A DNA stretch of 64,000 nucleotides from Candidatus Saccharimonadales bacterium (lineage in GTDB: Bacteria > Patescibacteriota > Saccharimonadia > Saccharimonadales > UBA10212), in the NCBI GenBank assembly GCA_049521895.1, contig JBEKOJ010000001.1:695114-759113 (forward strand), given 5' to 3'. Both the position numbers and the translations under genes were made by a program. Shown here piece after piece: positions 17,667-25,366 of the stretch. Each line of letters begins with the position of its first letter. Positions within the stretch are counted from its first letter, which is position 1. Under the pieces are notes generated by a model. It was not told where the DNA came from. It ran no database searches and saw only the letters and a list, made by a program, of their open reading frames with translations.

Positions 17667-18177
17667 GGGGGCGATTCATCCTAACGACGAAACTCAGCTG
17701 CCGGCCAGCAAATTCGGGTGGTTGTTCAACGACAACGTCGTCGCCCAGATCCGCCGTAATTCGCTCGGCTAACTTATAACCCAGCTCTTTGTGGGCCAGT
17801 TCTCGTCCCCTATAGACTACCGCAATCTTCACCTTATGTCCAGCTTCCAGAAAAGCCGTGACTTTGCGCAATTTGATGGCTAAGTCATGGTCGCCGATGC
17901 GCAGGCTGGTGCGCATTTGCTTTAGGTCCAGCGGCTTAGATTTGGCGCGGCTTTTTTGCGCCTGCTTGGTGCGCTGGTAATTATATTTGCCCCAATCAAC
18001 GACTTTGGCTACCGGCGGCTTGGCATCGGGCGAGACTTCCACCAGGTCGAGTTCGGCTTCCCGGGCGGCGGCCAAGGCCTCAGAGCGGCTTAAAACGCCT
18101 AGTTGGCGGCCATCTTCACCTATAACACGCAGTTCAGGGGCCCTGATGGCCTCGTTGATCCGGGGGTCCTTAGAGAT
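17644..18177 (-). CDS. infC: translation initiation factor IF-3, non-canonical AUC start
   Basis: The conserved N-terminal region ISKDPRINEAIRAPELRVIGEDGRQLGV lies upstream of the track start. That frame is closed by TGA just before ATC 18177, and GGAG sits 7 nt upstream. Confidence 0.8.
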   Translation of the reverse strand: MSKDPRINEAIRAPELRVIGEDGRQLGVLSRSEALAAAREAELDLVEVSPDAKPPVAKVVDWGKYNYQRTKQAQKSRAKSKPLDLKQMRTSLRIGDHDLAIKLRKVTAFLEAGHKVKIAVVYRGRELAHKELGYKLAERITADLGDDVVVEQPPEFAGRQLSFVVRMNRPHAKVKDS

Positions 18178-18226
18178 TTCTCAACTCCATGCTTTTCGTG
18201 AATGAATAATATCAAAGCCGATACCT

Positions 18227-19741
18227 TTACGCAAAGACTTGCTGGCGGTATTGCAGGGCTTCAGATATGTGCTGGGGTTCTATGGTTAGCTCGTTGGCCA
18301 AATCGGCGATGGTGCGGGCGACTTTGACCGAGCGCACGTAGGCCCGCGCCGAGATATTAAGCTTGCTGGCGGCACTATCCAGCAGATCTTTAGCATCGGT
18401 AGTCAGGCCGGCTTGCTCGCGCACTTCTTTATTGGTCATGGAATTGTTGTAGCGCGCCTTGCCAAAGCGCCGGTGCTGGACAGCATAGGCTTTTTCTACC
18501 CTTGATCTGATTTCCAGCGTCTGGCTTTTGGCCGTGCGCTTTTCCAACAGTCGTTTGTGGTCAACCTCGTGGACGGGCAGATGCAGGTCTATACGGTCCA
18601 GAATTGGCCCGGAAACCTTCTTCTGGTACTTGGCAATGGCGCTAGCCGTACAGACACAGGGCTTATTAGTGCCGTAGTAGCCGCAGGGGCAGGGGTTCTG
18701 GGTGGCTACCAAGATAAAATCAGCTGGGTAAGTGGCGCTATCACGGACACGGGAAATACTGACCGTGCCATCCTCTAGCGGCTGGCGCAGGGCTTCCAGG
18801 CAGGCGTGGCTGAACTCAGGCAGCTCATCAAGGAATAACACGCCACGGTGGGCCAAGGTGGCCTCACCGGGTTTGGGCACGCTGCCGCCGCCCACCAAGG
18901 CCGTGGCGCTGGCCGTGTGGTGCGGCGTGCGGAAAGGCCTATTGGTGATGATGTCGCAGTGGCCGCCGTTGCCCAGAGAGTGCAGATGGGTTACTTCCAG
19001 TACTTCTGAGTGGTCCAAAGCTGGCAAAATGCCGCACATGGCTCTTGCCAGCATGGTTTTACCGGTGCCTGGCGGGCCGTGCAGTAGGATATTGTGATGG
19101 CCGGCCGCGGCAATCTCCAGCGCCCGTTTGGCAATCGGCTGGCCGGCGATCTCGGCAAACTCAATGGCATCGATATCTACCGGGTCGACTTTGATCTTGC
19201 CGCGGCCGGTTTTGAGACTTTTTAGCGGCAGGGTTTCGCTTAAATCAAGATAAACGTCCCGCAGGGTTGTCGCGGCTTTAACGGTGATCTCTGGTATAAG
19301 CCTGGCTTGGTCCAAGTTGGCCCGCGGTATGTAAAAATGGCCGAAACCCAGGTTCTTGGCAGCCAAAATTCGGCCGATTAAGCCACGGACAGGCCCAAGC
19401 TCGCCCTCCAAGCTTAGCTCACCCAAGAATATATAATCGCTTAAACTATCGGTTTTGATCTGTTGGGAGCGGGCCATAATAGCCACCGCCATAGCTAAAT
19501 CAAGGCTGGTAGAATCCTTGGGGATGTCAGCCGGCGACAGGTTAATAGTAACCCGTTTTTTGGGGAACTGGATCGTGGAGTTGGCAAAACTGGCGCGCAG
19601 GCGCTCCTTGGCCTCGTCTACGGCCTTGGAGGCATCGCCGATTATCAAAACCGAGGGCAGGCCGTTGGTGATATGGCATTCCACGTCTACCACCACGCCG
19701 CCGCCCATGTAATCCACGATGCTCTTAACTGGCTTTTTCAT
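18227..19741 (-). CDS. comM: Mg-chelatase-like ATPase YifB/ComM
   Basis: N-terminal Lon-like domain, Walker A GPPGTGKT, and C-terminal ChlI-type motifs. Confidence 0.85.
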   Translation of the reverse strand: MKKPVKSIVDYMGGGVVVDVECHITNGLPSVLIIGDASKAVDEAKERLRASFANSTIQFPKKRVTINLSPADIPKDSTSLDLAMAVAIMARSQQIKTDSLSDYIFLGELSLEGELGPVRGLIGRILAAKNLGFGHFYIPRANLDQARLIPEITVKAATTLRDVYLDLSETLPLKSLKTGRGKIKVDPVDIDAIEFAEIAGQPIAKRALEIAAAGHHNILLHGPPGTGKTMLARAMCGILPALDHSEVLEVTHLHSLGNGGHCDIITNRPFRTPHHTASATALVGGGSVPKPGEATLAHRGVLFLDELPEFSHACLEALRQPLEDGTVSISRVRDSATYPADFILVATQNPCPCGYYGTNKPCVCTASAIAKYQKKVSGPILDRIDLHLPVHEVDHKRLLEKRTAKSQTLEIRSRVEKAYAVQHRRFGKARYNNSMTNKEVREQAGLTTDAKDLLDSAASKLNISARAYVRSVKVARTIADLANELTIEPQHISEALQYRQQVFA

Positions 19742-19860
19742 GAGATTTAGCTGAATTATCGCACCTCAAGCGCAAAAGATTAATTGCTAGAGCTTAAAAA
19801 ACTTCAAAAAGCCTCCCGCACCATGATCTTTTTCGGGCATTAGCGAAGCCTGTAGCTAAC

Positions 19861-20145
19861 GGGCCTGGGCATAAGAAGCCAACCTGAGTAGATGTCGTAA
19901 AGAAGGAGCGCCCTTGGGTGCTAAAGCATGTCCGACGAAGTGGATATGCTGGGAGCATATTCGCGAGGAGTTCTTTAGCAAGCTTGTTTTTGATCGGCAG
20001 CTACATCAAGTTGGCAACGCGCCCAGCAGCTTTGCTACTTTGGGTGGCCAAAGTAGACATACGTTTAGTTCTTTGGAAAAGAACACTCAAAATCTCGGGC
20101 AGGCTAATAGCAAAACGTCCGGACTAATGCCGGACGTTTTGCGAG
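19861..20145 (+). ncRNA. structured-RNA-like repeat, copy B, ending in a bidirectional terminator
   Basis: Same conserved core as 15761-16016 with compensatory hairpin changes. Hairpin AAAACGTCCGG-ACTAATG-CCGGACGTTTT at 20112-20140. Confidence 0.4.
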
Positions 20146-20168
20146 TTTTGGTTGGGTTTTGGAGTTTG

Positions 20169-20239
20169 CCCAGCAGTGAGCTTTCGCGTGGCTTTGCCAA
20201 TATCCGCTTTGCGGATAGTCGCGAAAGTCTACTACTGAG
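20169..20239. repeat. CCCAGCAGT...ACTACTGAG palindromic element, copy P2
   Basis: Arms CCCAGCAGTGAGCTTTCGCG / CGCGAAAGTCTACTACTGAG. The arm sequences match copy P1 in the inverted orientation. Confidence 0.5.
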
Positions 20240-20433
20240 TTTGTTTGGCGAACTTTTTGTTTATAAGGTTTTGGATGGAACAACGGCTTGCGAGAAGCCG
20301 TTGTTACAGATCAATTTTTGTTTTGAGCACTTTTTTTATTCAAGTGCCATCCTCATCTTATAAACTACTGATTTTGATGTCAACAAGATTTTTATGCTTT
20401 TTTTGACAAACCTGTGCATAACTTTTTGCTAAC

Positions 20434-21125
20434 ATGCCAGCAAAATCTACGCGAAAAAATGTTTGCTACACTCTAAGCATGAAAAACCTGCCGTTTTTCG
20501 CCAACACGCCGGACAATACTCGCTGCGTCCAGGCAGCTTTTAGAATCATACTCAAATATTTTATGCCGGAGCGCAATTTTAGCTACGCGCAGCTGGACCA
20601 AATGAGCCAGAAAATGCCCGGCAAGGACACTTGGTGGCCGCCAATGCTCATAAAACTGCAAAAAATGGGTTTTTCGGTCAAAAGCATCGAAGCTTTTGAT
20701 TATAGAAGGTTCTACGAGGAGGGCGAAACCTATGTAAGGGGTATTTATCCTGAAGCAACGGCGGATTATCACCTAAACCAAACCAATCTAAAGGAGATAA
20801 AACCCCTTATACCCGAGTTTCTTAGTAAAATCGCTACAGCAACACGCCCGGGGCAACATTAAAGGACATTGATAATTTACTGGCTGATGGCTGGTTGGTG
20901 GGCGTGGCCTTAAACTCGCGGGCCTTAAATGACAAGCCGGGCTATGCCGGACACGTGGTGGTAGTTTTTGGCGCGGACAAGAACAATTTTTGGTTGCATG
21001 ACCCAGGCCTGCCGCCCATGCCAAGCCGTAAAGTTAGCCGTCAGAAATTACTTGAAGCATGGCAATGGGCTGGCGGGCAAAATACTAACCTCGCAGCTCT
21101 AAAAGCGAGCAAAAACAGAACATAA
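20434..21125 (+). pseudogene. frameshifted papain-like/C39_2-like cysteine peptidase
   Basis: The candidate catalytic Cys (NTRCVQAAF) is in ORF 20434..20862. The His/Asp part (GHVVVVFG...HDPG) is in ORF 20895..21125. The second frame is open back to 20829, so the frames must switch between 20829 and 20862, where a CCCGGGG run lies. Confidence 0.5.
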
Positions 21126-21429
21126 AAAATACAACTTTCAACTTAATACAACGTAAATTTTACAATTAAAAGCTGTGGATAAACCATATCTTACTGCTTG
21201 TTATTGTAAAAAATATACCTAATTATCGTTGACGTTTTAACTATTTTTTGCTAGGATGGTTTTTGTAAGTTAAAAACAAAAATAACTTATATCTAGCGGT
21301 TAGTGGAGACCGTTTTAGCTATCGCTCTTCAATATGAAGAGCGGTCAGTCAATGGCTTATGTGCGGTAAGCGCTACTTAAGTAATTTAATAGTTGAGCGC
21401 ATTTACCGCCTAAGCCTCCTCGTTCTATA

Positions 21430-21783
21430 ATGCTTGGTGTGAAACTCAACCACCAACGTCCAAGACTACCAGCAATTACCGCAGCTGGTAGTTTTTTATG
21501 TTTGCTGCTCATCGTGCTGTTGACCAGCCCCGTCAAGGATATCGCCTGGGCCATGGCGTTTTTTGTGAGCCTGTTGGTGTTTTTACTGAGCACAGGCTAC
21601 GCAGTGGTGTACCTACAAGCTGGCCAGATGCGCCGCGTTTACCGCTATCGAATTATCATCGCCAGCCTTTTTATAGTTATAGTACTAATGTTTCGTAGTG
21701 CCCAATCATTAAGTTGGATAGATGGTCTGGTGCTGTTGATCATAACCACTGGGCTGCTCTTTTACAGTGGCCGGCGTGCCTGA
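21430..21783 (+). CDS. hypothetical membrane protein
   Basis: Track ORF with 3-4 hydrophobic helices. Confidence 0.4.
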   Translation: MLGVKLNHQRPRLPAITAAGSFLCLLLIVLLTSPVKDIAWAMAFFVSLLVFLLSTGYAVVYLQAGQMRRVYRYRIIIASLFIVIVLMFRSAQSLSWIDGLVLLIITTGLLFYSGRRA

Positions 21784-21920
21784 GCACGGCCGAGCCATAG
21801 CGTAGGACTGATATAGAGCCTTATGCATTATAATAATGCGTATGGATCCCGTTAGAAGTAAGTATTTTATCAAAGATAAAATCTGCCAATTCTCTGGCAG
21901 AGAATTGGACTTCTAACGGG

Positions 21921-22346
21921 ATGAACCCTAGTAGCGGGGAAATAAAACCCCAGTTTGAGACGCCGCAAGGTGATGAGGGGCTGGAACGCCAGCATGATAG
22001 GGCTATGGAGCAAACTGGTGGCGAGGAAACTGCGGTCGGCAAGCAGTCACCCAAAAACGATTCCACCGCGCTGGCTTTGCCAGCCGATATCCCCGATGCT
22101 AATCCGGTAGCTATTCCGGCTGATCAAACCCAAGCCGATAAGAGCAGCCAAACTGCGGGGCCAAAAGAAGTAGCCCACGATTCACACCGTATAGAAAAAC
22201 AGTGGGTAGAACGCGCCAAAAAAGTTATCGCCCAGACTAAAGATGACCCACACACCCAGAAACATAACATGAGCTTGGTCAAAGCTGATTATATCCATAA
22301 GCGCTTTAATAAAACCATCCCCACAGATGATACGGCGGCGGCATGA
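21921..22346 (+). CDS. hypothetical acidic protein, translationally coupled to the downstream ATPase
   Basis: Track ORF. Its stop overlaps the next start (ATGA at 22343-22346). Confidence 0.4.
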   Translation: MNPSSGEIKPQFETPQGDEGLERQHDRAMEQTGGEETAVGKQSPKNDSTALALPADIPDANPVAIPADQTQADKSSQTAGPKEVAHDSHRIEKQWVERAKKVIAQTKDDPHTQKHNMSLVKADYIHKRFNKTIPTDDTAAA

Positions 22347-25243
22347 CAATCTTAGCTATTTTGATAAGCTTTCTGGTCTTGGTGGCCGCCGGTTGCAGCT
22401 TTGCCTATTTTTATATCCGTAGCATTTTTCGTGAACAGAAAAATTACGAACGTGGACTAAAAATGGTACCGGTACTCATTCATTTACCGCCGCCGAGTGA
22501 TGATGCCGACACCAAGGGCCGCGATGCCCGTGATGTGGTGGATGAGAATATCTCCCGCGCACAGGTGTTATACGGTATTTTAGCCAGCACCTTTCAAAAG
22601 GGTTTGCGGCATAAGTTTTATGGCCAGCGCCACATTGCCCTGGAAATCGTCGCTAATCACGGCGCAGTTCATTTTTATAGCGCTGTACCGGTACCACTAC
22701 TGAGCGTAGTCGAGCAGGCTATAGTCGGCGCCTACCCTACAGCCCGCCTGGAGGAAGTGCCGGAGCATAATATTTTTAGCAGCGTCGGACGGATAACCGG
22801 TACCGTAGGTGGCGAACTCGTACTTAAAGAGAACTTCGCCTATCCAATTGCTACCTACCAAGACATTAAACGTGACACTATGCAGTCGCTGCTAAACGCT
22901 TTGTCGGGCTTAACTACTGAGGATGGGGCTGGTGTCCAGATCTTGCTTAGGCCAGCGGATGGGTCCTGGCGCAAAACTGCCAACACCGAGGCCAGTAAAA
23001 AACGCACCGGTAAATCCACTCCACAAGGTTTTGAGAGTGCTTTCTGGTGGTTAGGGCAGCTGTTTACAGCCCTTACTAAGCCGCCAGACTCCAAGCAGGG
23101 CGAGAAAGAAGAAGGCGCGCCAAAAGATGTTTCTTCGTTAGACCAATCCATTGCCCAGGCCATAGAAGAAAAGACCAAGCAGGCGGGCTACGAGGTGCTG
23201 ATCCGCGTTATTGCATCCTCCAATGTCATGCAGCGGGCCGAGACGATTAAGAATAATATCGTGGCTAGCTTTGCCCTGTATGACGCGCCGGGCCGTAACG
23301 GCTTTAAATTTGTGCCAGCCCGCGATATGGAAACTTTCGTGACGGCCTATATTTTGCGTTTTTTTCCGGCTGAGAGATCCAAGAACATCTTGAGTGCTAA
23401 CGAGATCGCCACCATGTTCCACTTCCCGGACCAGCAGAATATACCCACCAGCCAGCTGGAGCGCCAAGCTTCCAAGCAGGTCGACGGCCCGCGCAACGTA
23501 CCCGAACACGGCCTGATGCTGGGCTATAACATGTTCCGCGGCGCCAAGAAAGCCATCCGCTTGGACCTTAACGACCGGCGCCGCCATATGTACGTGGTTG
23601 GCCAAACCGGTACCGGAAAGTCGATGTTTTTGGAAAACTTGGCGCTGCAAGACATGTTAGAGGGACGGGGGTTTGCTTTTGTCGATCCGCACGGTGATAC
23701 GGCTGAAAAGCTGCTGGCTATGGTGCCCAAAGAGCGTACGGAAGACGTAATTTATTTCTGCCCGGCCGACATGGATTACCCCCTGGGACTTAATATGTTT
23801 GAGTATCACAACCCCGAGCAGAAAGACTTTTTGATCCAGGAAGCCATCAATATGCTCTATAAGCTTTACGACCCGGGCCACACCGGTATCATTGGCCCGC
23901 GCTACGAACATTTGTTCCGCAACGCTGCCCTAACCATCATGGCCGACCCGAACGGCGGCAGCTTTGTGGACATACCCAAACTTTTCCGCGACCCAGTCTT
24001 TGTGGAGCAAAAACTTAAGTACGTCACAGATCAAAACGTTATTGAATTCTGGCGCAAAGAAATGCCCCAAAGCCAGCGGTCTAACGAGTTCGGCGAGGTT
24101 GTCAGCTGGTTTATTTCTAAATTTGGCGCTTTTCTTAGCAACGAGATGATGCGCAATATCATCGGCCAGAGCAAGAGCAGCTTTGACCTGCGCGAGGTCA
24201 TGGATACCAATAAAATCCTGCTGGTTAACCTCAGCCGCGGACGGACAGGCGACCTAAATTCCAAACTGTTGGGCATGATTTTTGTGATGAAATTCCAGGC
24301 CGCGGCCATGAGCCGGGCGGACATTCCCGAAGACTTCCGCCAGGACTTTTGCCTGTATGTCGATGAGTTCCAAAACTTCAGCACCGACTCTTTTGCCGAT
24401 ATCTTGTCTGAAGCCAGAAAATACCGCCTGAACGTAGTCGTAGCTAATCAGTTTACCACCCAGTTGACAGATGAGGTACGCGACGCTGTTTTTGGTAACG
24501 TTGGGACGGTGGTAGCTTTCCGCGTGGGAACTAATGACGCCGAATTTCTGGCTAAGCAATACGCGCCGATCTTTGATATCGACGATTTACAGTTTTTGCC
24601 CAACTACAACACTGCTGTACGCATGCTGATTGGCGGCGTGCCGGTACAGTCGTTTTCTATGGCGACTTTGCCACAGTTGGGCAACCCCAATAAGCAACTG
24701 GCTGATGCTCTAAAGCAACTCTCAGCTGCCAAATATGGCCGGCCGAAACAGGCGGTAGAAGCTGAGATTTTCAAGCGCATGGAAACCCAGCCACGCTTGG
24801 GCGGCCCCAGGCCTGGCCTGCCCGCTGGGGCGGGCGCCAGCCCGTTTGACAACTTGGGCTTGCCGCCCGCTGCGGGTGCTTTATCTGGCCCAAGTATGGC
24901 TCCAAGATCATCCACACCCTCCAGTCAGACAGGTTCGTCGTTTCTCGACGAGTGGTTGGCTAAACGTAAAGGTATGGCACCAGGCCAGCCAATGGCCCGC
25001 GCCAGTTCTGCTCCCGGCGCTTCGCCCCCGGCCTATGCCACTACGCCGTCTGCAACCTCTAGCAATGTAGCTAGTCCAACAGTTGCTAAATCGCAGCCGG
25101 CACCGGCTTCAACAGAATTAGCTAAGCCTGAACCGGGCGAGTTCAAAATTAGGCGTGATGATAACAATGCGGCAGGTGGTATGACCGATGAGGGGCAGAC
25201 AATCCATATAGATAAAGACGGCAACCTCTCCTATGGACAGTAG
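22343..25243 (+). CDS. VirD4/TraD/TraG-like (type IV secretion coupling protein family) membrane ATPase with a Pro/Ala/Ser-rich tail
   Basis: N-terminal TM, Walker A VVGQTGTGKS, Walker B CLYVDEFQNF, and a distal RKYRLNVVVANQ. The last ~190 aa are low-complexity P/A/S. Confidence 0.65.
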   Translation: MTILAILISFLVLVAAGCSFAYFYIRSIFREQKNYERGLKMVPVLIHLPPPSDDADTKGRDARDVVDENISRAQVLYGILASTFQKGLRHKFYGQRHIALEIVANHGAVHFYSAVPVPLLSVVEQAIVGAYPTARLEEVPEHNIFSSVGRITGTVGGELVLKENFAYPIATYQDIKRDTMQSLLNALSGLTTEDGAGVQILLRPADGSWRKTANTEASKKRTGKSTPQGFESAFWWLGQLFTALTKPPDSKQGEKEEGAPKDVSSLDQSIAQAIEEKTKQAGYEVLIRVIASSNVMQRAETIKNNIVASFALYDAPGRNGFKFVPARDMETFVTAYILRFFPAERSKNILSANEIATMFHFPDQQNIPTSQLERQASKQVDGPRNVPEHGLMLGYNMFRGAKKAIRLDLNDRRRHMYVVGQTGTGKSMFLENLALQDMLEGRGFAFVDPHGDTAEKLLAMVPKERTEDVIYFCPADMDYPLGLNMFEYHNPEQKDFLIQEAINMLYKLYDPGHTGIIGPRYEHLFRNAALTIMADPNGGSFVDIPKLFRDPVFVEQKLKYVTDQNVIEFWRKEMPQSQRSNEFGEVVSWFISKFGAFLSNEMMRNIIGQSKSSFDLREVMDTNKILLVNLSRGRTGDLNSKLLGMIFVMKFQAAAMSRADIPEDFRQDFCLYVDEFQNFSTDSFADILSEARKYRLNVVVANQFTTQLTDEVRDAVFGNVGTVVAFRVGTNDAEFLAKQYAPIFDIDDLQFLPNYNTAVRMLIGGVPVQSFSMATLPQLGNPNKQLADALKQLSAAKYGRPKQAVEAEIFKRMETQPRLGGPRPGLPAGAGASPFDNLGLPPAAGALSGPSMAPRSSTPSSQTGSSFLDEWLAKRKGMAPGQPMARASSAPGASPPAYATTPSATSSNVASPTVAKSQPAPASTELAKPEPGEFKIRRDDNNAAGGMTDEGQTIHIDKDGNLSYGQ

Positions 25244-25366
25244 CTCTTGGCAAAAGTACACATAAAAACATAGTTTACAATCTGTAATCTGGCTTGCGCG
25301 GTAGGCCGCAATCGGCTACAATATATGTGAGATGTTTAGACAAAAAACAGAGAGGGAATCTTTGCT

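Noticed and set aside
15868-19970. Tiny ORFs starting MSDE... inside both copies of the structured repeat (ATG at 15853 and 19927).
   Set aside because: They encode only 11 and 16 codons, diverge after four residues, and the nearest SD-like sequence is ~17 nt away. The compensatory hairpin changes fit an RNA structure better.
21126-21430. An AT-rich gap with one DnaA box as the replication origin.
   Set aside because: There is only a single box, no cluster or DUE-like repeats that I could see, and no dnaA/dnaN nearby. The evidence is insufficient.
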